DNA of 56,264 bases from positions 1 through 56,264 of the IMG/VR virus record IMGVR_UViG_3300025127_000046; one strand, 5' to 3'. Made by a program: the position numbers and the translations under genes. Under the pieces are notes generated by a model. That model saw nothing but the letters and a program-made list of their open reading frames with translations, had not been told where the DNA came from and made no database searches. Source of the DNA: a virus (Duplodnaviria; Caudoviricetes). Below are positions 1 through 10,604 of the stretch, in pieces; the stretch's first letter is position 1; every line of letters begins with the position of its first letter.

Positions 1-166
1 GATGGCCCTCCAGAAATCATTAATGGAGCAAACTGATATTGTTCCCGTGTTGCAAGAATTCAATGTTCAGATAGACGACGCAGGCCAATTGGTAGTGATG
101 AATCCTCCAATGGTAAAAGCACCAGAAACCACGATAGCCACGCCAAGTAAGGTAGTAACCAGCTAA
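1..166 (+). CDS. Hypothetical protein, probably 5'-truncated
   Basis: Frame 2 is open from the window edge (MALQKSLMEQTDIVPVLQEF...KVVTS*). Its TAA overlaps the next ATG (TAATG, 164-168). Confidence 0.6.
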   Translation, partial: MALQKSLMEQTDIVPVLQEFNVQIDDAGQLVVMNPPMVKAPETTIATPSKVVTS

Positions 167-423
167 TGCCTTTTTATATTTATAACTGTAAGGAATGTGA
201 CTCAAGTTTTAAAGTTTGGCACGGCATGACTGAAACACAAAAAGAATGTGTGTTATGTGAAAAGGAAGGTGGACTTGTCCGAGTTCCTCAAATTCCTTCT
301 GTTGTTAGAGCAACTATAGAAGACGAAAAAATTGGTCGATTGACCGAAGAATGTATTGGCGAAAACCAACAGCTTCTCAGTGAAATGAAAAAAGAAGCAA
401 GGAACCAAATTTATGAAGATTGA
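166..423 (+). CDS. FmdB-family zinc-ribbon protein
   Basis: N-terminus MPxYxYxCxxC...F...H...CxxC (MPFYIYNCKEC; CVLC) is the FmdB/CxxC_CxxC_SSSS pattern. Confidence 0.8.
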   Translation: MPFYIYNCKECDSSFKVWHGMTETQKECVLCEKEGGLVRVPQIPSVVRATIEDEKIGRLTEECIGENQQLLSEMKKEARNQIYED

Positions 424-814
424 TTTAGCATTTTGGCTAATTATGGCACTTTCTGCGTCCGTAATTGGCAATATAGTAGCACTTTATTACGTTAGGGTAC
501 TCTTGACTAAGCTATTTGATGTGGGCGAAAATTTGGTTGATTTAGTCGATATGATAACTAGTTATAGGAATCACCTCAAGTCTGTTTACGAAATGGAAAT
601 GTTTTATGGAGACGAAACATTGCAATTTTTACTACAACACACAAATAGTCTATCTACAATGTTAGAAAGTTTTGAAGAGATTGGCGACATTGTTAGTCCT
701 TTAGTGTTGGAAGAAGGCGAGGGTGAGCAACAAGAGGAAGAAAAAAATAATGCCGAGAAGACGATCACCGAACAAGATGTATTTTACGGCGGAACACGAA
801 CAAGCAATAGTTGA
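413..814 (+). CDS. Hypothetical membrane-anchored protein
   Basis: N-terminal hydrophobic helix, helical middle, acidic tail; overlaps both neighbours. Confidence 0.65.
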   Translation: MKIDLAFWLIMALSASVIGNIVALYYVRVLLTKLFDVGENLVDLVDMITSYRNHLKSVYEMEMFYGDETLQFLLQHTNSLSTMLESFEEIGDIVSPLVLEEGEGEQQEEEKNNAEKTITEQDVFYGGTRTSNS

Positions 815-1436
815 TTATTGCAATTCCGCATGTAATAAAGTCAGAACAAGACTGTATGTTAGATGGATACAGCCAGCATTTGACCAAATGGTTGATAAAA
901 TTGTATTCACATACAAGTTTACCACTTTACCTAATATTGATGAACTTAGAAATGAATGTAAAGTATGGTTAACAACAATTTTAGAAAAATATGACCCCAA
1001 CAAAGGCTCAAAGGCTTTTTCTTACTTTAGCGTCATTACAAAAAACTGGTTTATTCATCAGGTTAAAAAGACCACTAAGAGAAACCAAAGAGAGGTTGAT
1101 TTTGATAAAGCACTCAAAGAAATTGATCCTTCGAAAATAGTATGCCACCAGCCCTACATAAAAGACAGAGAAAGGGATGAATTTTGGCAGAAACTGTGGG
1201 TCGAAATGGATGGCTGGGGAACTGATGATATGAAAGACAACGAAAGAAAAGTTTACAAAGCTGTTGTTGAGATAATGAACTCTGTTGAAGATATTGAGAT
1301 TTTTAACAAAAAAGCCGTTTATCTTTACCTCAGAGAAATTACAGGAATGAACACGAAACAAATCGTATGCCAGTTGAATAAGTTTAGAAAAAAATATAAA
1401 CTTTTCAAGTCTGACTGGAATAACGGGAAAATCTAA
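750..1436 (+). CDS. Phage late-transcription sigma factor (T4 gp55-like)
   Basis: Sigma region-2-like motif LEKYDPNKGSKAFSYFSVITKNWF and N-terminal YFT..EQAIVDY, typical of gp55-like factors. Likely start ATG 750 after GAGGA. Confidence 0.8.
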   Translation: MPRRRSPNKMYFTAEHEQAIVDYCNSACNKVRTRLYVRWIQPAFDQMVDKIVFTYKFTTLPNIDELRNECKVWLTTILEKYDPNKGSKAFSYFSVITKNWFIHQVKKTTKRNQREVDFDKALKEIDPSKIVCHQPYIKDRERDEFWQKLWVEMDGWGTDDMKDNERKVYKAVVEIMNSVEDIEIFNKKAVYLYLREITGMNTKQIVCQLNKFRKKYKLFKSDWNNGKI

Positions 1437-1443
1437 GTAAATT

Positions 1444-1451
1444 CTATTTAT
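1444..1451 (+). promoter_or_regulatory. Candidate late promoter CTATTTAT
   Basis: Recurring motif in the short gap at the start of the structural block; the next ATG follows after 6 nt. Confidence 0.55.
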
Positions 1452-1457
1452 GTTGTT

Positions 1458-1748
1458 ATGAGTAAAAAACTAAATGAATACATTGACGAGGCGCTCTCTA
1501 ATATAAGAAATGATAGAGAGATAACCCGTGAACTTTTAGATGATGCGATTAAGTGGCTATCAAAAGATGAAGCACGGCATAAAGAAGTTGGCATAGTTAT
1601 GTCCAAATATGTCGAGACGTTGCAAAGATCGAATGAGCAATTAGTTAAGATTGTGGGAATGATGTCGAAGAAAAGCGGTGATGAAGGGCTATCTGCAAAA
1701 GACATGGAAGAGATCTACAACGCAATAAGCAATTCGGAGGAAGAGTAA
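1458..1748 (+). CDS. Hypothetical helical protein
   Basis: 96-aa ORF coupled to the next gene (TAATG). Confidence 0.7.
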   Translation: MSKKLNEYIDEALSNIRNDREITRELLDDAIKWLSKDEARHKEVGIVMSKYVETLQRSNEQLVKIVGMMSKKSGDEGLSAKDMEEIYNAISNSEEE

Positions 1749-3118
1749 TGGCCGGATTCAGAAAAATCCCAGATAGATACACGCCTTTCTTTGATTCAAT
1801 TGCGGATAAAGAATCTAGAGATGCTCATAGAAGCGACTTAGATGAATATTTCAATCCAATAAACGGTATTTTTGGAGGACAATCTGAGTTCGAAGCCATA
1901 GTACTTTCCGAAGAATCAGAAGTTACTAATACTGCATCTAACACAACTACTGATTTCAAATTTAAGAGATGCTTTGTGAGGATCTTGGGACTTTCTGACA
2001 ACTTTCTCATAGAGCAGTGTGAACTAGAGAATACCGTGACATCTGATGAGGAGAAAAAAAAGCTATTTGCTATGATATCTTCTTGTCATCCGATAGCCTA
2101 CGCAGAGAGGCCATCAACAGAAAACTCCGATCCTCCTAAATTGTCACCGGGTGACATTATTGTAGTAAAGTTTGGCGAAGGTCCTTCATATTTAGGTCGG
2201 CAGCGTGTGTTGACATACGACCCATTTAGAGTAAATAGAAGAGTTTCTAAGACCAATGAAAAATGTAAGGGACGTAGTGGCGATTTTATGAACAAGCCAT
2301 CAGATGGCAATAGTGGAAGATTAGGACCAGTTTCTGATAATGGCGGTGGAAGCCCAGCTATAAAGATAGGAGTTCAGCAGAGTGCATACTCTGGCCCAGA
2401 CTACGAACCAGCTCTGAACGCAGAGTTACCCTACACGCCCAGAAAAAACCAAGGCAAGCCATATGAGCCAACTACACCAGCTAAAATGATCGACTTTTCT
2501 AAAAGAGGGCCCGATTACAATGGCCCTGATGGGGTAGCACAATTTGATTGGCAAGTTGTCGGTGCTAGTTACCCAACTCACCCTAAAAGAACAATAATTG
2601 GCAGATTGTTTGGAGAACAAAGATCAAAAAGCCTGCACGGCGGAACAGATATTTCTGGTGGGAATGGGATTGGAGAACCTATGTATGCTGTCTTAGACGG
2701 CAAGGTTTACAGGGCTAATTGTTGTTCTAAAAGCGCTGGCGGACATGTAATTGTAGTTCATAAAGGAAAAAGAAAAGACGGAAAAGACATTGAATTTTTA
2801 GTTCATTATATGCATTGTGAAGCTATTTATGTTAAGAAAAACCAAGAAATCAAAAAAGGACAACATATTGCAGATCAGGGAAACACGGGCAATTCTTATG
2901 GCGCCCATTTACATTTTGAATTGTGGTGGGGCGTTAATTGGTATGACTGGAATGGGCAACAAAAATATAGAGTCAATCCAACAGTTGTTTTGGGCTTGCA
3001 ATATGGCTATGCTGGAAAAGCAAAAAAAGAAGTTGAAGCCGAAGGCGGTGGGGAAAAATTGGCAATTGGTAAGGCACATATAGATGGTGCCACTGGAACC
3101 ACGGTTTCTGGTGGATAA
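1748..3118 (+). CDS. Baseplate hub-position (gp5-like) protein with C-terminal M23 peptidase
   Basis: M23 motifs HGGTD (HxxxD), YMHC and GNTGNSYGAHLHFE (HxH). N-terminal FEAIVL...VRI...PGDIIVVKF resembles a gp5 OB-fold. Confidence 0.8.
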   Translation: MAGFRKIPDRYTPFFDSIADKESRDAHRSDLDEYFNPINGIFGGQSEFEAIVLSEESEVTNTASNTTTDFKFKRCFVRILGLSDNFLIEQCELENTVTSDEEKKKLFAMISSCHPIAYAERPSTENSDPPKLSPGDIIVVKFGEGPSYLGRQRVLTYDPFRVNRRVSKTNEKCKGRSGDFMNKPSDGNSGRLGPVSDNGGGSPAIKIGVQQSAYSGPDYEPALNAELPYTPRKNQGKPYEPTTPAKMIDFSKRGPDYNGPDGVAQFDWQVVGASYPTHPKRTIIGRLFGEQRSKSLHGGTDISGGNGIGEPMYAVLDGKVYRANCCSKSAGGHVIVVHKGKRKDGKDIEFLVHYMHCEAIYVKKNQEIKKGQHIADQGNTGNSYGAHLHFELWWGVNWYDWNGQQKYRVNPTVVLGLQYGYAGKAKKEVEAEGGGEKLAIGKAHIDGATGTTVSGG

Positions 3119-3129
3119 ATGGAGTAATA

Positions 3130-4035
3130 ATGTCACATAACAAAGCGTATAACAAAAAAGATTTTTCACAAGCAAATCTAGAAGACACAGTTCAAAAAAT
3201 CATTGACCGAGGAATTGAGCCGGGATTATTTTGCACAGATATAGTAGAAGACGTACCTACGTTTCGTCAGGCTCAGTGTGAAAAGGTTATAAAAAACTCA
3301 TATAATTCTTCAATAGTACTAGGAAGGGACAGGAATGAATCTAGAGCATCCGGTGCTGGTGGCAAAGGCTACACACAGTGCGGTATGATTGATATAGTTG
3401 TCGGCAGAGGGGCAACATACTCTGCTAAAAAAAGAAAACAATTGACACCAAAAGACGTAATAGGTCCTAGTTTTTCATCTGATGCTGCTAGAATCTATAT
3501 AACTCAAAAATCCTTGGGAATTGATTCTTATTTTGGATTTGCTAATACAAAAACGGACTCATTTGGTAAATCTGCTGTCGCTTTGAAAGCAGACCACACA
3601 AGAATAATAGCAAGAGAGAGTGTTAGGATCTATTGCGGCGCAGGTGCATTTACACAAAAGGAAACAAACTCAAATGGCGCAAGTTTAGAAGTTCCGAAAA
3701 TAGAACTGATAGCCGGAAATGAGGACAAGCTACAACCAGTTGTTTTGGGCGACAACTTGGTTGAACATTTATCTAACAACCAAGACATGATGCGTGATAT
3801 GTTGTCGGCATTAGTTACAATTTTTTCACAACTCGCACAAATAAATGGCTTAATGTCTGTACTTACGCTTGGCACCGGTGGTAACTTTATAAATAACCTT
3901 ATTGATGATGTTGATGGTTTGGTGGAACAAAGTATGCAAATAATAAATACTTGGCTAGAAGAAACATCAGCCTTAGATAAATGCTTGTTACCCGGCAATA
4001 GATCGATTTTAAGCAACACTGTTTATACAACATGA
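3130..4035 (+). CDS. Putative baseplate spike/hub-associated protein
   Basis: SIVLGRDR, IDIVVGR, DAARIYITQK, KADHTRIIARE and QPVVLGDNL are beta-strand-rich motifs like gp5 C-terminal partners; lies right after the gp5-like gene. Confidence 0.5.
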   Translation: MSHNKAYNKKDFSQANLEDTVQKIIDRGIEPGLFCTDIVEDVPTFRQAQCEKVIKNSYNSSIVLGRDRNESRASGAGGKGYTQCGMIDIVVGRGATYSAKKRKQLTPKDVIGPSFSSDAARIYITQKSLGIDSYFGFANTKTDSFGKSAVALKADHTRIIARESVRIYCGAGAFTQKETNSNGASLEVPKIELIAGNEDKLQPVVLGDNLVEHLSNNQDMMRDMLSALVTIFSQLAQINGLMSVLTLGTGGNFINNLIDDVDGLVEQSMQIINTWLEETSALDKCLLPGNRSILSNTVYTT

Positions 4036-4042
4036 GATAATT

Positions 4043-7000
4043 ATGACATCCAAATTTAAAAAATTTCAAAGAGACGAATGTCAAGAGGAAGTAAAAGAGC
4101 CAGTTGACATGTCTAAGTTCTGTCCAACCTGTGTTCCGGATAAAAATTACAAAGAACCCAGATGGTGGACAACAGAAAAACCTTACCTAAATGCAAAGAA
4201 GTGTGAATACTACACCATGGTCTCTATCAACAAGGATGGAGAAATGTTCACACATAGCTCCATAAAAGAATCAGGAAAGTCTTTTTCGGATGTTTTAGAT
4301 TCTTATAAAAAAGTTGGAATTCAGTTTTTATTAAATTTTTATAACAAGGTGCCAACAAACGAAATAAACGGTCGCCCAATTGAGGATTACGCAACAGCAG
4401 CAGATTATCATTTTTATAGTTTTGCGGACAGCACAATGGTTGTGTTAGTAACAATACCAGCAAATGTTTTTGATTCAATTCCGGAACAGCCAGTTATAGA
4501 AACTGAAGAAGACTTGATGACTGAAACAATGACTGTAAAAACAAAATATTTGATTTTGGTGTTGAAAAAGTTGAAAGCAACACTTTCTGTTTTTAGTAAA
4601 TTTCAAGCGATGTACTATCAACTAGAAGGTGGAATGGTAGCATATGAACAAACTGGAGAGCCTTTTTACTTAGAATTTTATCCAAACAGAATTGATATGT
4701 TTCTAGATGAATTGGAAAAGATTATTGAATTAAACAATTACTCATATGGGATTATTTCTGACCCACTGAACGAGGCCTACGAGTTGAAATTTACCTTTGA
4801 AGTATCTCAGGCCCTTGGTACATATAAGATCAAAAAAATTCAAGCCAGAAAGAACTTTGGCCGCAAATTCAAAACACTAAAAAAGGGACTATCAGCTTTT
4901 ACAAAAGCGCCACCCATGAAAGACGCTACATTAGTTGGTTATATAGCAAATGTAAAAAATATTGGCTTGCGAATAGATGCTAAAAAAACTCCTGCTTGGA
5001 CTGATTTTGTTGAAACTTTTACCTTTCCAAAAGTCATAGCGACTACTAAAGATAACTTTATCAAAAAAACTGGTATTAAGTGTGTTGACGATCAAATTTC
5101 AAAAGTTATCGGAGGCTTGGATGATTTTTTATTTAATCAGGTAGTAAAGTTTTCTGATGCTTTGGAATATCAATTGAACAAGGCGAACAAGACTGGCATT
5201 GCCACAATCAATTTGGGGCCTGATTCTATCGTAGATTCTAAAACACAACGCAAAATCGAAAATGAGTTCAGACTCAGTATACCAGAAATCTCTTTAAATG
5301 TTGAAAAAGAGAAAAAAACCTATAGAATCAAGAAGCCATTTTGTCTGGCAGACATGTTAAAAAACAACAAACAAATCTCAGAAGAATTTTTAAAATCAGT
5401 TATCAGTAGCTTAAATCCTTGTAAATTTATTGAATTATCTAAAACTGCAATTACTTGCATTATGTCTAATTTGGATTTTGAAACGAGTAACAGAGCAATT
5501 ATGAAAACTTGGTTTTCAAATGCAACGGCTCAAGGTCTGGAAGGCCTTCTTATGGGACTACCAGAGCCAGTTAGGCTTCAAATTTCTCAGGAAATTGCCT
5601 TAGAGCTTGGCGAAGAGGCCAACTTGGTTCCTACCGAAGAGCCAGACGACAGAGAAGGTCAGGTTTCTATTGCAAAGTTTTTAATTGATTCTGGGACTAC
5701 GATTACTGACGCATATGGCGACGCACTCACAGCTAGTGCAATAACTGGTATATCTAGTAGATCTAATTTGAGCGAGTCGCAAATAATGAAGGTCTATGAA
5801 AAGGTGATCATGAAAGTGGCATCAATTCAGGATTTGATGAAATCTATAGAGAACTTGCCGGGAATGGATTTACTAATGTCAATGACGGGCATCGGTGGCA
5901 GTGATTTTCCTGTTACCCACTATATAACACCGCCTATTGATAGTTTTCTGAATTCTTTGTCTTTTGATATTTGTGGAAAATGGCCATCTGGCTTGAGAAT
6001 GCCAAAAATTGATTTCAAATTTACTTCGTGGAGTTGGCCTAAGGCTTTAGGTATAATGTTTATAAAATTTTTGAGACTCAAGATAAAGGACCTCATAATC
6101 AATCTGATAGGTTTTGTTGCGGGCAAGATAAAAATTGAACTCCCAACGATACACAGTTTAGATTGTAACAACGTCAAGGATTTTGCAAAAGCTGCTAGTG
6201 ATTTACTGACAGATCGTAAAGATCTGAAAGATATTTTGTCTGAGGTTGTTTGCGGAGAGATAGACCAAGACAGAGACAAGCAGGAGCTATGTAATAATCT
6301 TTTGGGCCAAACTGGGCTTACAACAGATAATGCTATGGCAACACTAGCTTCTACGAACTACGATTCTCTAAATAATCCAATTGCAACAATGGATTCGCCA
6401 TCAAACCAGTTGAGTGACAAGGAGACAGTCGCTAGAGCACAGCAACCATTCATAAAGCTAACCAAGGCTATCTCCGTTTCTTCTACAAAAAATGAAATGA
6501 TAAGAGCCATTACATTGCCACCGGAAGAACAAGATTATAATTTTTTCAAAAACTTGTCCCTAACGATACCAATTGTCGTGCCTGAGTTTGCATCTTCTTT
6601 TGACACCGTAGAAAAAGTAGCTGAATTTTTTATCAAATTGTCAAACACGTTAACTTTTGACCAGAGACAAGCACTAAGAGACTCTGTAGATCCAACCGAA
6701 GAAGATCAGCCGTTAGAAAGCAGCATTTGTCTAACGAGCGAGCAAGTGGAACAGTGGAATGCGGAAAGACAAAGAGCTTTTGAAGAGTCCGGACTAAACC
6801 CAGATGTAGCAAAAGATTTTGTTGACAAACAGAATGAAAGAATAGCAACTGATTTGGAAGAGATGTTAGATCTAATTTCAAGATCACCAGAGGACTTATT
6901 CAAGGATGCTATTGATAGAGCCCTTGATATTGAAGGAGATGGGTGCGAAAATCCCCAAGCAGCTTTTGTCATGAGAGAAACCCCGGCAGAAGAAACTGTC

Positions 7001-10000
7001 AGTAGTTCTGTCCCGGCTGTATTTGGTAGGCTACAAAAGGCTTTTATCGATGACACTATAGAGTGGAATTTCTTTGAAAGACTTGTCGATACGCCCGGAA
7101 TTCTAAGTCTGATTTTGGCAGACAAAAAAGGTTTTACACTAAATTATCATAATGCTGTTAATAAAAGCGCCATTCTAAAGTTTTTCTTACCAGACCCCGG
7201 AGAAAACCCAGAAACTGTCTCGATCCAGATGCTTAAGTATTTAGAGTCTAACGATGTAGAGTTTGATGATAATAAAATTATTTTGAACTACAGTAACGAA
7301 CTTGACGATGATGATCTTTTTGAAAGTAAAATAATTTGCAGAAATGCGAAGAAAGGCTTGAATTACGGCGTTTCTTGTCGTTCGCCATTTGGAACTAGAA
7401 ACTTTTTTGTTAACCAGCATACATTTAGTGAGTTTGACAAGCAGTTTATAGCACCAAAGGGTAGTGAAGATTTTAGAACGATCACAATGCAAAACGTTTT
7501 GAACAATAGGTGGCAAAAGTTCAATAATGAAATAAACTTTTCGCAAGTAAACAAGATGTTGAAATCGATAGATAGACTAATTTTCACCGGCTTGAAATCC
7601 TCAATAATGTATACGCAAGATGGTAAAGTTTCCTCTGGTTTTGTTCATTCCGCACCCTTGCAGGAGATTACAAAGCAAGATTTAGAATATGTTGGCCCAA
7701 ATGGAGAAGAGTACGATTATGACGAAGAGCAAGCAATTTTAGGAAGGTCATCTACCAATAATAAAAGAGTAGTATTCTTAGATCCCAGTATGTATGGTGG
7801 TTCTTATAGAAATCCAAAATATTACATCAAGCCGCAAGAGCAGGAAGGGTGGATGAAAATTTCTAGATTTTTCCTGCCGGAAGCAAAAGGGGAAAAAAAT
7901 CAATTTACTTTTTTGAATGTAAGTGATATAGGAAAGTCTATGGACGACACAAGGAACAAAATAAAATCTGATCCTCGCCTACAAATAGCACCAGATCAAC
8001 TCGAAGAAGTGCCTTTTGATAGGGTCATATCCCCTTCGAAGCATGCTGCTATAGAAGGAACAGTCACAGCAACCATCAGAACTTTTTTGGCTGACTTTTT
8101 CATTAGAAGTATGCCGGTTATAAGTAATGTAGCCATAGGACCAGATAATTATGATGATTGCATGGCTGAATTTATTGTAGAAGAAATGTGCAAGAGTATG
8201 CAATCTCAGGAGCATGCACTGAAGTCAGTCTATACAGGCACAGTTTATTGGCTACTATTCTTAGAACAAGCAGTTCAGATTTTCAATAGAAAATTTGAGG
8301 ATTTTTCAAAGATCTATAGTGAAAAGAAAGAGAACATGTCTGAAGAAGAAAAGGCACTAGGCAGAGAGTTGCGAAAATATTCCAGTAGTTTGTTGCAAAT
8401 TGCCGCTGCCCAAAAATTATTTAACTATGACGACGGAACAGCGCTTGAGTTGCTCAAGGATGATTTTGTTTGGAACCTCTCTAGAAATTTGGATAATGAA
8501 TCGTTGCGTAAAAAGATAAGCCAATTAGAGTTTAGAATCAGAGAATTGGACAGAATAAAAGATTTTACTGACAAGATAGACGAAGGCACTGAAACTGTTC
8601 TAGATTCATATATATCAGCAGTAGAAAAAGCTGAAAAGTTTGTGACAATTTCATCAGACAAGGCTAAGTCTATGAATAAAAAATCTATAAATAAATCTGA
8701 CAAGATAAAAAAAGAACTAAGGATAGAAATAGAAAAAGCTAAAACGCAAATAGAGACCAATAAGATCAAAAAAATATATGGCGATGATATCGTTAGGGGA
8801 TCCTTGATTATTGGGTTTGGTAAGGATTACTGGAAAAACATGAACATAAATTACCAAGAATGGAATCGATCTATGAAAAAGATTCCAAACTATTCAACAG
8901 ACTCTGACAGTTATGGATTTGTGGGAGATGTAAATTTAGGGTTCAAATTTAGTGACTTGACGCTCAAGGAAGCAAACTTTGCTAGTAAAATCTTTACAAT
9001 TAGTTTAGTTGAAAAAGAATGCAAAGATGTGCTTAAATTTTTGGTCAAAGAACAGATCAAAAATTACTCTAAAGCACTAACAGACGTTGTCAGTCCTTCA
9101 ATCACAGACATAGGGAAATTTTTCTTGGGATCTTCTAAATCCAATATAATATCACCAGAGATTGGAACTACTGTTGAAAAATATAATAATATTGTGAGTT
9201 GTAGTGATAACCCGGCAACATCCAATCCACTGGACAATATTACGCTATCTGAAGAACAAATTCAACAAATAAAAGATAACGGTAATTTCTATTTTGAAAA
9301 GTATATAAAAATTACAGAAAAGGGCAAAGGTTCAACCAGAATAATCAGCCCTAAAGCATTCAAAAACATTTTGAGAAGCAAGAAGAATGTCGCCGGCAAA
9401 TATTTATCTGACTTCTTTGGCAATTCGATAATAAATGAAAAAGAGCAGAAAATGATAGGGTCTGTTGGAGTTAAGTTTGGACTAAGGCTGTGTTATATAC
9501 CCGGTGAAACTTTTTCTAAAGTGGAAAAAACCACAGACAATCTAGAGATCGCAAAAAATCTCAAATCTTTCATTTTCAAGCCTTCTCATGCTGGGCTAGG
9601 AGAAAATATTTTTCCCATGTGTTCATACGAGCAGGACCTTATGGACGAACTAATTTCCTTTTATATAAACTTACCAGATGACAATTGCAATCAAGATTTG
9701 AAATGTTACGTAGATAACCTAATGAGATCACCAGATTACGATCTCATCTTCAACAAAATTTTCAACATAAAAAGAATACCGTCAGTTCTGTCTGTTTATT
9801 CTTATATGAATTTTTTAAGTGCTCTAGGTGTCGATAAAAATGAAAGAGAGGATTCGGACGATTCAGAAATAAATAAAAACAATGTAGGAAAGATTTTCAA
9901 TGATTGTAAAAAAGAACTAAAAACTCTTTTTCTTTCTTCTTATATCAGAAAGGGGTATGGGCTTGACGATAAAAATCCAGATAGCCAGATAGAATATAGC

Positions 10001-10162
10001 AAGGATAGGGTCATGAAGGAAACAATCGATGCTAATACTTTAGCTGATAACATTCCTTGGTTCTATAAATTGAGAGAATCTATGACAAATCCATTTATTG
10101 ATGCACTTGGGGTTGTTGCAAGAAACAAGTTTTATAAGTTATTTACATTTTTGATTGAATAG
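4043..10162 (+). CDS. Giant (2039 aa) hypothetical virion/baseplate-region protein
   Basis: Long uninterrupted ORF between gp5-like and gp25-like genes; no catalytic motif recognised. Confidence 0.7.
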   Translation: MTSKFKKFQRDECQEEVKEPVDMSKFCPTCVPDKNYKEPRWWTTEKPYLNAKKCEYYTMVSINKDGEMFTHSSIKESGKSFSDVLDSYKKVGIQFLLNFYNKVPTNEINGRPIEDYATAADYHFYSFADSTMVVLVTIPANVFDSIPEQPVIETEEDLMTETMTVKTKYLILVLKKLKATLSVFSKFQAMYYQLEGGMVAYEQTGEPFYLEFYPNRIDMFLDELEKIIELNNYSYGIISDPLNEAYELKFTFEVSQALGTYKIKKIQARKNFGRKFKTLKKGLSAFTKAPPMKDATLVGYIANVKNIGLRIDAKKTPAWTDFVETFTFPKVIATTKDNFIKKTGIKCVDDQISKVIGGLDDFLFNQVVKFSDALEYQLNKANKTGIATINLGPDSIVDSKTQRKIENEFRLSIPEISLNVEKEKKTYRIKKPFCLADMLKNNKQISEEFLKSVISSLNPCKFIELSKTAITCIMSNLDFETSNRAIMKTWFSNATAQGLEGLLMGLPEPVRLQISQEIALELGEEANLVPTEEPDDREGQVSIAKFLIDSGTTITDAYGDALTASAITGISSRSNLSESQIMKVYEKVIMKVASIQDLMKSIENLPGMDLLMSMTGIGGSDFPVTHYITPPIDSFLNSLSFDICGKWPSGLRMPKIDFKFTSWSWPKALGIMFIKFLRLKIKDLIINLIGFVAGKIKIELPTIHSLDCNNVKDFAKAASDLLTDRKDLKDILSEVVCGEIDQDRDKQELCNNLLGQTGLTTDNAMATLASTNYDSLNNPIATMDSPSNQLSDKETVARAQQPFIKLTKAISVSSTKNEMIRAITLPPEEQDYNFFKNLSLTIPIVVPEFASSFDTVEKVAEFFIKLSNTLTFDQRQALRDSVDPTEEDQPLESSICLTSEQVEQWNAERQRAFEESGLNPDVAKDFVDKQNERIATDLEEMLDLISRSPEDLFKDAIDRALDIEGDGCENPQAAFVMRETPAEETVSSSVPAVFGRLQKAFIDDTIEWNFFERLVDTPGILSLILADKKGFTLNYHNAVNKSAILKFFLPDPGENPETVSIQMLKYLESNDVEFDDNKIILNYSNELDDDDLFESKIICRNAKKGLNYGVSCRSPFGTRNFFVNQHTFSEFDKQFIAPKGSEDFRTITMQNVLNNRWQKFNNEINFSQVNKMLKSIDRLIFTGLKSSIMYTQDGKVSSGFVHSAPLQEITKQDLEYVGPNGEEYDYDEEQAILGRSSTNNKRVVFLDPSMYGGSYRNPKYYIKPQEQEGWMKISRFFLPEAKGEKNQFTFLNVSDIGKSMDDTRNKIKSDPRLQIAPDQLEEVPFDRVISPSKHAAIEGTVTATIRTFLADFFIRSMPVISNVAIGPDNYDDCMAEFIVEEMCKSMQSQEHALKSVYTGTVYWLLFLEQAVQIFNRKFEDFSKIYSEKKENMSEEEKALGRELRKYSSSLLQIAAAQKLFNYDDGTALELLKDDFVWNLSRNLDNESLRKKISQLEFRIRELDRIKDFTDKIDEGTETVLDSYISAVEKAEKFVTISSDKAKSMNKKSINKSDKIKKELRIEIEKAKTQIETNKIKKIYGDDIVRGSLIIGFGKDYWKNMNINYQEWNRSMKKIPNYSTDSDSYGFVGDVNLGFKFSDLTLKEANFASKIFTISLVEKECKDVLKFLVKEQIKNYSKALTDVVSPSITDIGKFFLGSSKSNIISPEIGTTVEKYNNIVSCSDNPATSNPLDNITLSEEQIQQIKDNGNFYFEKYIKITEKGKGSTRIISPKAFKNILRSKKNVAGKYLSDFFGNSIINEKEQKMIGSVGVKFGLRLCYIPGETFSKVEKTTDNLEIAKNLKSFIFKPSHAGLGENIFPMCSYEQDLMDELISFYINLPDDNCNQDLKCYVDNLMRSPDYDLIFNKIFNIKRIPSVLSVYSYMNFLSALGVDKNEREDSDDSEINKNNVGKIFNDCKKELKTLFLSSYIRKGYGLDDKNPDSQIEYSKDRVMKETIDANTLADNIPWFYKLRESMTNPFIDALGVVARNKFYKLFTFLIE

Positions 10163-10172
10163 GAGACCATCA

Positions 10173-10565
10173 ATGTCAAAAAAAGATTTTTACACTATTA
10201 AGTTCCCACTAGAAATTGGGATGGAGGACATAGGTTATCAACAAATTAGTGATTTCAAAGAATTGGTTGAGTATAACATGAAAAGTACATTGTTGACTTG
10301 TCCCGGAGAAATAATCAGCGACCCACAATTTGGCGTTTGTATAAGAAAAGTTCTGTTTGAAAACCCAAACACTATCTCCAACGCAATGATTTCAGAAGTA
10401 ATAACAAACCAGATTAGCAAATATATTCCATATATCTCATTACGGGGAGTAAGAATTCTAAATGAGTACAATGGCCTTTCTATGAGAATTCAAATAAGGT
10501 ATTCAATTTCAAGCAGCGAAGCAGTAGAAACCTTTGAGTTTTCCGTAGAGTTACCAGAAATTTGA
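10173..10565 (+). CDS. Baseplate wedge protein, gp25/GPW family
   Basis: NMKSTLLTCPGE...DPQFGVCIRKVLFE...QISKYIPYI matches the gp25 pattern. Start ATG 10173 after AGGAG. Confidence 0.85.
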   Translation: MSKKDFYTIKFPLEIGMEDIGYQQISDFKELVEYNMKSTLLTCPGEIISDPQFGVCIRKVLFENPNTISNAMISEVITNQISKYIPYISLRGVRILNEYNGLSMRIQIRYSISSSEAVETFEFSVELPEI

Positions 10566-10574
10566 ATCTAGAAT

Positions 10575-10582
10575 CTATTTAT
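10575..10582 (+). promoter_or_regulatory. Candidate late promoter CTATTTAT
   Basis: In the intergenic gap before the gp6-like gene, upstream of a GGAG RBS. Confidence 0.6.
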
Positions 10583-10604
10583 TTTCGATGTTGGAGAACA
10601 AGAG

